Shown here piece by piece: positions 47,771 to 61,651 of a stretch of DNA of 64,000 nucleotides; position 1 is the stretch's first letter; each line of letters starts with the position of its first letter. The position numbers were made by a program, and so were the translations under genes. The notes under the pieces were generated by a model. The model saw only the letters and a program-made list of their open reading frames with translations, was not told the origin of the DNA and searched no databases. Source of the DNA: the human T2T-CHM13v2.0 reference genome, Homo sapiens; the NCBI RefSeq assembly GCF_009914755.1, contig NC_060935.1. One strand, given 5' to 3'.

Positions 47771-48859
47771 ATGTCATATAAGTCAAACAGACTTTGGATA
47801 GGCTAGCAGGAGGACTTAATGCACTTTCTTTAAATTGTTCCTACAGGAAAATCTGTACCAGAAATGCCAAACAACTGAATTCAAAATGAATTTCTGGAAC
47901 TCAACACTCAAAATCAGAGACGGTTCAGAGAGCAGGTATCTACTGCTAATTTCTAACTAAATGAAAGGGCTTCTGCTTCTGAGAGCAATGATACCGGAAC
48001 AGGAACGAAATGCTGCTAGAGAACAGTGCTGGAAGTGTGTCGACAAAACTGTCTTCTTGTTCTAGTCTATGCAACTTCCCTTGATTAATGAGAGCCATGT
48101 CTAGGTGAGAAAAGCAATCAGAGGGCTTCAGCTGTGCCAGCATAAATGGAATACATCAATGGTACTGTTGGTGCTTGCACATGAGACCTGTCAGTAAATT
48201 ATCCACTAAAAAGTAATGATTCTACCTTCTTTCATTCATTTTAAATCCTATCCTATGTCTCTACTCTTTGTGCTTACTATTCTGCTTTGTTTCCAACAAG
48301 GATATCAATTCAAATTTTAAGGTGTGGAGCTTGGAGTAGTCTGCTGGTACAGCAAGCAGTAAGAAGTGTGCTTCATTCCTTCTACGTAGTGAATTTTCCA
48401 CCTGTAATTCTGAAAGTCCTTTAGGCAGGAGCTAAATGTGATAAATGTCAGCAAATGAACTGATTGGCATAAAAACCAAAATTCACCAGAGAGAAGGGCA
48501 AAACCACCAACATATTTTCAGTTGTAACCAGATCAGACTCTAATTGCCTAATACCTAATAAATAGGGGAATAAAAATCTGAAATCTCCTTTAGAAATAAC
48601 TATTTTAGAATTTCATGGAAAATCTAATAATAAAACTTGATGTACTTGGGACTATGAAAATAATTTAAGTCTTTAACCAGACTTAAATTATATACATACA
48701 CATGTATATTACACACACATGTGAAAAGGGAGAAAATAGGCCCAGAAAAATAACAATTATCTGACATTGGATTAAACACATGATTGAGCAAATTCCTTGA
48801 GGGCAAGGATTGTGTATTTAAGCTTTTTGGCTGAGAGATGCGGTGTGTGGAGAATGGCA

Positions 48860-49035
48860 AGAATCAGATAAACATGGATCTGGATTCCAGTTCTGCCACC
48901 TGCTTAACCTTAAGCAAATTACTAAGCCACTCCACTCTCAACCTCTTCATCTGCAAAGAGGAGAAAATTATTTCTATTTCCTAGAAATGTCATGGAGAAA
49001 GCACTTGGCATATAGTAGGTGCTCAACAAATGAGG
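48860..49035 (+). mobile_element. MIR
   Basis: ccagttctgccacc...aaccttaagcaaattact...gcacttggcatatagtaggtgctcaacaaatg. Confidence 0.75.
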
Positions 49036-52000
49036 CTTACCTCCTTATCCCTTCTTTGCATACTCTGTGGCACCAAAGACACCTAGGAAGCTTCTAACAC
49101 TTTCCCCTTCACACGCCCTTGGTCAGGAAGCGACCATCAGATGAAATGCAACAAAATGAGAGAGTAAACAAACAAATAGAGAGACAAAAGGGATCCAGAA
49201 ACAGGGAACCTGATCAAGGAAAGGAGTGAAGAGACTCTAAATATGGTGGCAGGAAGTCGTAGGGCGACAGCTGTATCAGCAGGCCTAGGGAACACCCATT
49301 AAGGCTGTGGCTGGGGACAGAGGGCTGCTGTGGAGATGAGATGTATCAGTGTGGAAAACATATTGAGAAATGTTTCACAGAGCTGTTAGATGGTATGAGA
49401 TGACAGCCAGAGATGTAAGGAAACTTCACAAATGAAAGAAAAGTTAGGTATATGACCCCTGGATAAGAATTATAATTACAGTGTACTGCTTATCTCAGCA
49501 GTAAATACTATTTATCCCTTCATAAATTCTGAAAACACTTATCTAAATTTTTTATCTGACTATATTGTGGCTAAAGGGAAGAGGAAGAAAGGGTTGAAAA
49601 TAGAACTAAAATCTTCATCTACTATAATAAGATGTAATGGATACGGCCTAAAGTTAATAAATCAAGAGGTATCAGGTATGGATGCATTTAGGCACATAAT
49701 GGTAAATACCAGGAGAAGCAACTAAAAATGATGAAAGTGGTTTCCTCCTGAGACTGAAAAGAGTGAGGGAAAAGGGGCCAGGGAATAGCTTTTGCATTTT
49801 AATATGATTTGTCTTTTCAAACTATATTTACGTGTTACTTTGATAAAGGTAAGACTCAAATTTAAACATGAAGACAGTAATTGCATTTTGGAATCATAAA
49901 ATTCAAAATAATAGAATAAAATTGTAACAAAGGCAGTGAGCAAGGCCTGATGAGTCAAGGTAAAATCCTTAGCAGCAAGTTTGGGTCCAGACTTCTTGTG
50001 TTACGTCTCTCATTCCCATGCTCTTCCTACCACACAGCATACCCCAGTTATTACATTTCTCATGCAGTTGGCATGCTTTGCCACATATAGGCAATGATTA
50101 AGTATTTGCCGAATGATAAATAACTACACCAATTGCTGAATTGTTTTTTCTTCATGGTGATTTTGAATGAGTTTCGTCTGGGAAGTACAGGCGTCATACC
50201 TGGAGTTCATAGTTTTGTTCTATCTGAAGGAGTAAGATTATCACATATTGAAAGGTTTCAGAAAGCTGGCCCTGAAACCTGAACCTGATTCTGAGGTAGA
50301 CACTCCTCAGGTCTAATCCATTTTACATAATGCATGGGTTTGCCAGAGACTCGTTTGAGAAAACTGTTATTTGAGTGAGGCAATATAATGGGCATTTTAA
50401 TTATGCATTCCTATAAGGTCTGTATGCCCTCTTCATGGGTTAAGCTACAACACTGGTTTGCAAACTAAGTCCTGAAGGAACTTAAAGTTCTGGGAGGTGC
50501 CTTAGGAAAATCCTGAAAAGGCAGGGGGTGAGGGAGTGGGGAGGAGGATAAGGGATGAAAGACGTGTTCTTGCTAAAAGAAAGTGTGAAAACTATTGAAA
50601 TACATCTTCCGAAAACATTATACCTATAACCACATTATCTCAGCTTCCTGGAGGAAAGCCTTCACTGAATTAAAGTATAATACTGAATTAAAGCATAATA
50701 TTCATTATGAATATGAATATTTATAATATTCACATAAGATTTTATAATGCAGCTTAAAAACAGAAACATCAAAGTCAACAGTGTCATGGTGTCTTTCCAA
50801 AATTCCCAGTGGAAGATGTCCATCAAGTTACCTAATTCCCCTGATGATAAATGTACCTTTGAATTTATTTCCAGGAAAAATTTGCCTCCATTTAATGAAT
50901 GTGTATGGTTTTCATATATTTAAAAAAAAACTTCTGTATTCCCACATTCTTCCTTTTGACCTTAGTTGCTTGGAAACTCAGAGTTAAATGAGGGCTCAGT
51001 TTTGAAAATCACCCATTGCAAGTTTCTACTAATATTTAATTTGTATTATTTTATCGGAGGGTGCTTATTTGCAATGAGAAGCAAACTAACGTTTGTCAAT
51101 TGCCTTCAAGGCGCAGGCCCTGTGTTCGTTGTATATCTCATGGGTTATTTCATGCACCATGGAAAATTTTCAACAATCCTGAAAAACAGGTATTGTCATT
51201 GTCATTTTACAGATGACACAGCTTAGTTTCAGGGAATTTAAGTAAGTTGGCCAGAGTCACATGGACATGAAGATATTTGCAACAGTTTTGAAGTAATATA
51301 TAAATTCTCAATAATGTATATTTTATATTAAAATTCATATAAAATTATTCAAACCCATTTCATTTTCGTTGATTTCAAGATTATACAGCCTACATATACA
51401 CACACCCCCATCGCATAACTTCTTTTCTTTCTTTCCTTTGTCCTGCCTTTTTTTCTTTGCCTGTATATTGACACTTTCTCTCAGGCACTGTGTTTGCCCT
51501 TGGTGGTACAAAGATCAATTACATACAGACATGGTTTCCAGGAGCTTGAAGTCTAGTAGATGGGTTAAGGTATGACTTAACTACAATTCAAGGTAGAAAG
51601 CAATGAATGTAATGAGAGATGCAAAATGCTTTGTGAGTTCAGAGAGGGGAAAAAGCAATGTCATGGTCCCAGCCCTCCAGGAGTTCACAGTTCGGTGGAC
51701 CAGAGACCTAAACGAAATTATAATACAGTATGGTAAGAACTATACTGAAAGGTTTGCACTGTGCTGTGGGTACTAGAGGGAGAAGAAACTAACTTTGTTT
51801 CATGAAAAGGAGTGATTACAGCAACATGGACACTCAGGGAAGGGGATGGAGAGAGTGAAGGGCTGGGGTTCCAAGATACCAGCAGAACTGCCTAACAAAG
51901 TGGACAGGATGTTACAGCCAGTAGGGATCAGACAGTGGTAGGGCAAAAGGCATTCATAGGGAGGAGAGCTGACGCTGTGAGGTCGAGCCCCAGGAAATGA

Positions 52001-53089
52001 TTGTATCTGGGGTAAAGCTGCAATTCCAGGAAGGAGGTCTGGCAAAAGCAATAGAGATAACTAGAACGCCAGTTACTGGCCTCATCCCTAAGGAGTATGG
52101 AGCAAGGCAGAATTGCTTAGACACGCTGTCCAACTACCATCTGGAGGGACAAGGTAGCTGGAAAGAAGGAGGTAAAAAGGAGAATTACAGTATCAAAGCA
52201 CGAAGGCAGCAGCAGTGGAGGCAGAGACGTGGATGGTCATGCAGTGGTGTCGGCAGTAGCACCTGGGAAGGGAGAGAGGAAGTATGCTGACTGCAACGGT
52301 TCTAAGCCTGGTTCAAAACGGGGCTCAAAGGGGTACAAGAGTTAATGAAAGTCATTTTTGAAGAATGCTGGGGTTTGAACATGATTGAAGATAGAAAGGA
52401 GAGAGTAAAGATGTAAGATACAATGATTGATGGAATACATCTCCTGGAGCAAGAGCTGAAGTTCAATGTTGGCCTCTGAGAAGTGGCACGTGGGGTGCAA
52501 GGGAGAAAATGAGACAGAGGATGGGTGAATTCTTGACATTCTGATGTCGGCAGGAGCTGCCCCCCTCCAGTGTGTTCTTTATCCTGCTACTAGAGTGACT
52601 TTTCTACAAAGCAATTTTGATTCACTGACATTCAATGCATTTGAATTAAGTGATTACCTTTTGCCAGGTACAAGTTATATTTCTGCTTATAAACTACCTG
52701 TGCAGTTTTTTTCATGACTTTCCATTGCCTTCAGGATGAGAGAAAAAAAGTCACTTGGAGTATCCTCAGTGAAACTCTCTTACTTTACTTTTATCCGTAT
52801 GATTTCCCCAGCATATAGGCCAGTCCAGCCCCCATCAATAGGGCCTCTTCAGAATCACATCTCATAGATTTGATCCATGGGGCAGCTGAGAGGGAATTCT
52901 CTGCTTTCCAGCTCTGACTAGAACTGGAAGGACTAGGACTCAAACTAAGACTAGGTCCATGGGCAAATGTTGTTTAGAGAGCAGACTTGGTATGGAGGAA
53001 GGTGGAAGTGCTAGCTCCTGTTCCTAACTTCTGTTGGGGGAGGGGATGGGCTCTTAAAGCCCCAAAACAGAAGAAAGGACGATAAGTCA

Positions 53090-53800
53090 ATGGTATAATT
53101 TATTTGTCCACATGTTCAACAACTAAGTTTTGGGTCCCTGCAACATAGTAGATGTGTTAGGGGTTGGAATACAGTGGTGAATAAGACAGATGCCACCCCT
53201 GTATTCAACTAGCTTGCAGTGTAGTTGGGGGAGATTCACAAGAACAAAGATATATGAGAGGTAATCCATGCTCAAAGAGAAGAAGCAGAGGGAGCTACCA
53301 GACCATATAGGATGGGAGCTAATCCATATTAGGAGACCAGGGAAACCTTCTGGGGGAAATGAAGTCTTAGCTGAGACTGAAGAAAATTTAGGATTAGGTT
53401 AGCCAAGCTGAGTAGATCAGAAGTGTTCCAGGCAGAAGGAACAGCGTATTTGAAGACCTGGGGGTGAGAGAAAGCATGACACTTCTCAGGAACTGGAGGA
53501 CATTTATTATGAAGGTTGCTAAGTGTAGAGTGTATATGAGTTTGGGGAGAGGATGGGTGAATGGGTAGGAGTCAAGGGAAGAGAAAGGCTGGGAATGAAA
53601 ACCAATGACTTTGGAGACTTCGGCAGGATTCAGATCATACAGGGCTTTATAAGCTGCCTATGGAGTTGGACTTTCTCCTGAGAAAATGAAGGCCATTTAA
53701 AGGTTTTATGCAGGTGATGACATGATCAAATTCCTATTTTAGAATGCTCACTCTGGTTTCATGTTGGCAAGACTGGAAGGAGGCAGGCCAGTTAGCAAGC
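53090..53800 (-). mobile_element. L2 fragment
   Basis: acagtggtgaataagacaga...gtgttccaggcagaaggaacagc...gacatgatcaaatt...ttttagaatgctcactctgg. Confidence 0.75.
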
Positions 53801-56800
53801 ATGAGAGGCAAGCAGGAACAATGGTCAGAAGCTGTTCTGGATATGTTTTATCCAAGGGCATGTCCATCCAGAGACTGGGGGATGTGGAGATGGGCTGGCC
53901 AGCTTATTAGCCTCATGCCTCTTCCCAGCATGGGAACATCCCTTCACCACTGTTGCCAATAATAACTCCAGCGGCTACATGTCCCCACCCTTCCACCTTT
54001 CAAGGCCTGCGATGAAACAGTCTTAAGTCAGTCAGGGCAAAGAGGCTGGTTCAAAATTGGTCTGCAGGGAAAGGGTCAAAGAAGAGAGAGTACAGCCAAG
54101 GGGAGAAAGAACTGGACAAAGACTCAGAGTCACACAGTAGAGACGTGAGCCAAAGACCAGAAAGTGCGATACACACACTCCTGTGCTCACCCACACAGAC
54201 CTGTGGACTACCAAGCAGGACCCAGTAAGCTCCCTGTTTATGAAATTCATGTTTCATAAAGGTGGAGCTGAACTTAAGAGCCCGTGAAAAGCAAACTGTG
54301 GAAAATGCTAGTGGTTAAGGGTGGAGAGAACTCACAGTAGAATGAAGGGGAAACAGGTCAACCACCCCTGTTCTTTCATCATCGAGGATCTTGAAAACTT
54401 GATTTAGCAGGATGCACAGGGAAGCAGTCATTGGCTTCCCTCTATTATGTTCAACTTAATTTATTGCTTGGAGAATTAGGCACCACTTTATTGTTCAGAT
54501 TCATTGCATCAAATGCAAACATTCAGCCAGAGTTCTCTAATTAGTATCCAGAGAGCTGCCTAGGCTATGCGTATGTGTGTGTGTGTGTGTTTAAGTTTGG
54601 TTTCTCCTGCTTGAGACACAATGTAAAAGGGTTAAGATGATTCACTGACATTACACTTCTCTGATCCTACTAGTCTAAACATTTGTACGGTCTTCTGTTT
54701 GAAACCCAGAACTCCTTATAGTAAACACCTTCTGAATCTCAAGTCTTTGTGCCTAACTTTAATTAACCATTAATGTGCAAATTTACTGATTAGTGAACTG
54801 GCTAAATGGGTTTTTGCCTCCTTTGGATTTCACAAAAAGAACCACCACCCCCTTCTACCAAACTGATAACAACTGACATCTGATTAGAAAAGGCAAAACT
54901 AATTAGAATGAGTGCAAAGGGGATTGTTTGAGTCACCTACATTAATGCACATTACAGTTAAATATCTGTCAGATTTTCCATTAACCCTCTTGCATTTCCA
55001 TCTCCAGGTTCAAATCTATTTCTTAACCCTACACCCCTTCTTTCCCTAGTTGGAAACTTGGTATTCAACAGGCTAACTTACCCACTAATGCTTTAAATGC
55101 ACAGCTCTTATTGATGGATGTGACACACAGACAAAGACCTTGGAATGAGAATAATAGAAGCCATTCCCCTAACTGTGGAGTTGAACCGTATGTATTATGA
55201 TCCCAAGGCTAACATGTTCTTCTTGTTATTGTGTTCATTTCTTTATGGAGGGAAAGAGGAGTTAATTGTTGCCTTACACAAATTCACTCCATTGTGCTCT
55301 GAGCTATTACATACTAGGATAACAAAATAAAATAGAAAATAAAGTAGAATATCCAGCAAAGAGAGTTCTATTCTGTGAAAGGTTAAAAAACATGTTTAAA
55401 ATGAAATTTGTTGACTTAGGGGAAATGCCCACATGATTTTTGCTCACTTCTTATATAGAATGGATTGTTAAGGATTGAGAAAACGTAATGTAATTACTCA
55501 ATGGGAATTCACAAAGTAATAAGGACAGATACCTCCTTCAGATCAAAAGCTCAGCCAGGGAAGGAACCATGTTTTCCTGATCTTTGAGATTATATGAGTA
55601 TGAAGGGGGTCATTTAATCTTTTAATCCCCAGTTCCTGGCACATTGTAGGTGCTCAATACATTTTCATCATATGAACGAATGAAGGCAAGAATTATGGTT
55701 TCATCCCATTGTGAAACTCTAACAGTAATCCTGAAAAGATTCTTAAATTTGAATGGATGATGTTAAAGAGAAAGAGAATGAATGAATTTTCTTTATTATG
55801 TAAAATACCTAACAAAACTCCAGAAATGTTTGCTTTAAAAATTAAACTGCATTCTCACTTCCTTGTGTTTTTTTTTTCCCATTTTAATCTGGGAACAGAG
55901 GTACCAAGAAGCCCAGCAGCAAATCAGCCTAGCAATAGAAACAAGAATATGCCTGCAATATGATGAAAATAGCTCAATTTGAAAACAATCTGATTGTTTA
56001 ATTTTTTAAAAACTCTGAAAATTTTACACTTCCATTACTGCACCACAATTTCTTATTTGATCTCAGGTGTAGCATCAGTAATCCAGAACTGTGCTTGGCA
56101 AATAGCAGGCACACAATAAATATGTTTTTAAACAAGTGAATAGAAGCTTAGCTAGAGCTAAGAATGGAGCAATATTCAGTAAGCTCATGGCTCCTGGTAG
56201 GCATATCAGGAAACTGAGAGATCTGTGGATTCAGATAAGGCAAGGTCAGTGTGAATTTGACTAAAGATCCCTCCCTACATTCGAATTGACCTAAATTTTT
56301 CCCGAGGTGGTGATTTTGCCTGGGACTGTAGAAAACAGTGAAATTTCAAACATATATCATAAAGAAGGCCCTGACAGCACAACCCAAACCACCTCTACCT
56401 ATTTCCTTAATTTAGGCAGCATAGTAATTATGAGCCCTGACTGTAAAATCAGGCCAATTACTAACCATAACCCTGAGCAAGTGATTTGATCTTTCTGAGC
56501 ATCAGTGTCCTCACCTGTGAAAAACGGTTGATTATAGCTACCATTTGAGTTATTCGTATATGGCACAAAGTTAGTGCTAATGTTAAAACCAACCAACCAA
56601 CAGAATAACGACAGAAGAACAAAAAAGACACCAAGTTCCTCCTGCTAATTTTCCAATTATGATTCTTCAATACTAATTATATCAACATATGTATCTGGAA
56701 ATTCACTCTACATTCTAGTCAAGCACTAGTTTCACGGAGTATTAAAGACAAATTTTTCTTTCCTTTGTAACTTAAAAGATAAATGGTGAAATATCAAAAA

Positions 56801-59799
56801 TAAAATGAAAATGTAAACATAATGCTCCTGGCCTCCCACAGACAACCCACAGTATGTCTGTATCAACCTTGTTCCCTTTTGCCAAGAGTCAGCCAAGGTG
56901 AGTTATAAAGAAATCATCAAATGGTGAAGAGTCACTTGCAGTGATCACCTACCATCTCTCGAGTCTCTATCCCATCTTCACTATAGATTTCATGTCATTA
57001 TATTTACCCTTGACCGCAGGTATGTCACCATTTTTTTAGCCTCCTTCTTTGTTCTGAATATACTGACAAATTTTGTTTCTCAGCTTTTTTAGGACTTTGG
57101 CTTGGTTTTACTTTGGCCCTCCAGGCTCCTGACTTCCTCTAACCTATTCTAGCCTATGAACCCAAACTCTGGCACCAGCCTAATTGGGTTACCCTTCAGG
57201 CAACCTCTAGGATCCAGCAAAGGAGTGGCTTGGATATCATACTATTGCAAAACACCAAATTCATGATTATTTTCCCATTGGAAAAGGCGTTTCCAGCTGA
57301 TACAAGATTTCTATTTCTTCTCTGGCCCTTTCATTGGACAATTATAAGGATTTAGAGGTATTGTCAGCATATGAAAGTTACATTGATTTCCCCACTGCCA
57401 CCCAGGCCAATTTGGAAACAATTTTCTGTGTGTTCATCCTTAAGATTAGATATATACAATACTACCTTAAAGAAGTGGGGCAGAGAACATTAGGAGATGT
57501 GCCTGATTTACACCAAGGGTTGATATGGTGTAGAGAAGGATAAACTTGGCTAGGAAGAGAGAGTAGGGTGAGGTTATTAATATATGATTGAGGAACTTGG
57601 CTTTAAACTAAGGAGGCAATGTACAAATTTATGTTTCAGTCATAACAAACCATCCATTCACTGGCTGCCTTCCCTCCAAGAAGTTTTAGATATGGGAGAA
57701 TTCTAAGCCAAATATAGAATCCACTTGAGTTGCATGGATCCAATGTTAGAAAAAAATTCACACTTTTAAGTGACTGATTATATAGCTCTGAAAAAGATCA
57801 CTTTTTGGTTCAAGAGGTAAGCACTTTTGGCTTAAACCCTCATGAGCCCTGATCAGCCAATAACTCTTTCACAACTTAAGTAAGTGCTCACTGACTTGAA
57901 GATAAATCAGAAATGCATTCATTGCATCCCCGTCTTGCCCTATCCCATAATCCTCAAATCAGGAAGGGAAGAAAATTATAGCCAAGAGGTATCTCCATGT
58001 GCCAAGCTACAAATATTAGCAAGACAAGAGTCTGCTATAGACATTTTGTAAAACACCAAATAGCATTTGTTTTCCCCATCTCTGGAGAAGAGGTTACTTA
58101 AAACCACCCCAAACATGGAGCAATAAGGATTTATTAAACAATTTTATTATGCTGCATCCATCTCTCAGGCATCATTTACCTGTAGGAAAATAGAGGTAGG
58201 TACACAGTAAAAGAGAAGGGGCACAGGAATTGCCCACATTCAGTCTCTAGCTGCAAATATGGATCTGTCTGGGTTCAGAGTTCCGACAGGTAAAGGGAAG
58301 GTCACCTTGCATATCTATGAGGTGAACTGCAAGCAACTGATCAACAAATTTAGTCTACCAATTTGTAGCAGAGAACCAAGATTTTCATCAGGCTAAAGAG
58401 CTTCAAGTAACAAATCCCACAGTAAATCGTCCTGTTTGACACAAAGTGAGTATGACAAGCAGAAAAAAAAAATACATGACTAGTGTTTTCCTTTAAGATG
58501 TTTCAGTTGATAAATTTAAGAGTTGCTTAACTCCAAATCCCCCACCCTACCCATGACTTTGGTCATCGGTAACAGAGATTTAGCTGTTCTGGAATGAGAA
58601 CAGACATTTGTACTGTCTATTATAGATGGAAGAGTTAAAACTACTCTGAGTTGAGAATACATGCCAACACACTGGATGAGACAACGAGAATCAGAAGAAC
58701 CTTAGAAGTATGTATATCAAATACAAGTTGCTTCCCAAAATTAACATCTTGAGAAGGAGCTCACTTTCTTTAACTGCCTTCAGAGAAAGCTCACACACCA
58801 CACTTGCAATGCAGCCTTGTCACATCATAGTTACCCCTTGGTTTTGACCCAAAGCAGCATTACCTGACTTGACTGTTTGCAAAAATTGCCCTGATAGGAT
58901 GAATGTTACTGTGTTGGTAATAATCTACCAAATGTGCTATAAGCCCTAGAGACAATCCCCAGAGAAAATTCTATAGCTGTATTGAACAATAGCATCATTA
59001 TCAGAATGTGTATACTTCCCTCCTAAATGTGAATGCTTTCCAAAGGGCAATACTTACTTGACTACACAGCTGAAGTATACTTGCTTAAAACTCAGCCACA
59101 TGATTTTGGGATCATATGTTATAGAATTATTGATCTGGAAGGGACAATGTGGTTCAGTCTATAAAGCTGGGATAAAGCTTTAAATGGGTGGCTACTCCCT
59201 GTATCGAAGAGAGGCCCTTAACTTGAAATACTGCCACATTTCCACCACTTTTTAAGGGCCTTTTGGAAGAGATGAAAATTACCTCTGTATCATATATGTC
59301 ATATGCCCTAGGAGAATGTAAAAAATTATCTAAGGCATTGGAACATGTTTGTTGATTTGGCCGTCAGCACCAGAGCTATTGAACCTCTCTGTGCCTCAAT
59401 TCTCTTACTCGTAACATGGAAATAATGGCATTTCCCTCATACGGATGAAATGAGATGCCACAAGTAAGGGAGGCAGAAGTCATGCCGGTTATAAATGCTA
59501 ACTCATTGCTATCTCATTATTTATAATTTCCATTTTTATGGTCAGAAGTCTGGGCCTAGAAAGGGTAAACTGCAATACACTCAAGCTGCTGGATAGTGAA
59601 AAATTAGAGATAATTCTCTTTTATTTATTTCCCCGATACTGGTTATGTTAGAACTTGGGATTTACTCCAATGCCTCTCCTATAAAATAGCAGTGCTTTTT
59701 TAAAAATAACATTTTGGTGATTTATGGCTCTTTCCATAATCATTATAGTAATCAACTTATTCTAGACTCTGGACTGAGAATTACCTCATTTTATTTTCA

Positions 59800-59945
59800 A
59801 TACACTCCTAGGAGATTTTCTTTTCACTCCTATTGATAGGTGAGGAAATAGGCTTAGAGAAGTTCAGTGAGTCCCTTGAGGTGACACAGCTAAGACTGTC
59901 AGAGTAAGAATTTGAACCTACATTCATCCAAATCAAAGTGCCTGC
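59800..59945 (-). mobile_element. MIR
   Basis: gataggtgaggaaataggcttagagaagtt...gaggtgacacagctaag...gaatttgaacc. Confidence 0.7.
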
Positions 59946-61296
59946 ATATAGCATTAGAAAATAGTTCTACGACTTGTTTTTAAATGCTCCCAAAATTCCC
60001 TGGGTTAAAAAAGGAATTTTGTAAAAAAACATATGTGTGTATATATATGTCTGTACTCCAAGTCCATTCTCCAAAATCTATAATTTTTTAAAAACACACT
60101 TCTTAAGTAGAAAAGGGCTGAAAGCTGTGCTTAGTGCATAACTTTTGAATCCTCTTTGAGTCTGGTGTTCTCTTGGCCAACAACTAGGGCAAAGGTTAGC
60201 TTGGACAGAGTTTGTGGTGTTTGTGGCATTCTTTTCTGGGCAATAGCCACGAAAACTACTCTAGGAATGTTATTGGAATTAGGATCTGCACCATCGCACT
60301 GTCCTGAGATAATTTTTTGACATATAATGTGCTATCTTTGTGCTTAGATAGATAACGCAGACCTGTCAAATTACACGCACAAAGCTATATTCAAAGTTCC
60401 TTCCTTCCTTCCAGAAAGAGTTTTTTCTTTTAGGTTCCCTGGGGATCAGGACTTACTCATCAATATGTGCTCTGGAGGCACAGAGCTATGCCTTCATATT
60501 GTTCACGTTTGGGGCGGAATAAACCTCTGTTTTATGTTAACCAAACGATGTAAGGTTACCAGAGATTTTTTTTATCTGTAGTCGTGATAATTTCATCTTT
60601 TAACATTTAACTCAGACTTTGGTTTTCCAGAAGCCTTCCCTGATTTCCCTTTGCCGGGTAAGATACCCAAACTCTGTGCTCTCATACCTAGCATTGAAAT
60701 GGTAGTTTAAAAATCCCGTCTCCCTTTCCTTACTGTGCTTGCAGACAGGGATCATGTTTTATTTCAGGCTGATATTCGGTCCACATGCATCACAGGGAGT
60801 CATCGCAGGATCATTATGATCATTGGGCATTTAAATATTCCAGTTGGTTGGTGCAGGTGTAGATCAGTCATTTAATACTCAATCCCACCTCCAGCTTTAT
60901 TCAATACTCAGCATAATAACAACATCTTGCACATGGTAGGTACTCAGCAAGTGCACATTGACTTAATGACTAATTTACTGCTTGGATAAGTGACCATCTG
61001 ATTGACAACTGGATATGTCACTAACAGCATACATTATAATGCTCTATTCTGAGTAAGCAAGAACCTTTGATCATTACAGATCACAATGATACTAATGCTC
61101 TACAGGGAAGTACTAGTCCTTGCCTCTAGATGCCCTCAACGAACCAGGCTTTATGAGGTCTTCATATGACTCCATCAAGACCACTACTGTCTTTGGTCTT
61201 GATCTTGTCCCAATACAAACATAATGGTAACCACAGCATAAAGATCAAGCTAAATGGTCTCTGGGAACTCTGTATTTGGAGTAGTAGAGCCCTTAC

Positions 61297-61441
61297 CTGT
61301 CTCTGTTGTTGGGAGACTTGGTATCCCATTCCTGCAATGGGCTGATTCTGCATTTGCTGAAGTAGGAGCTTTTGCTGAAGTGGCAAAGGTGACCTTAGCA
61401 AAGGCTGGCTTGGTAGAGATTGGGCAGGCTGAGAAGATGGT

Positions 61442-61512
<71 letters not shown>

Positions 61513-61573
61513 CTGCTGTTGGGCTGAAATTGAGCTCTGCTGCTGTTGCTGTTGTTGAGCTGAAATTGAACTC

Positions 61574-61651
<78 letters not shown>

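Noticed and set aside
50939-50946. RBPJ-like site TTCCCACA suggesting Notch autoregulation
   Set aside because: Single 8-mer, no paired site seen; expected by chance.
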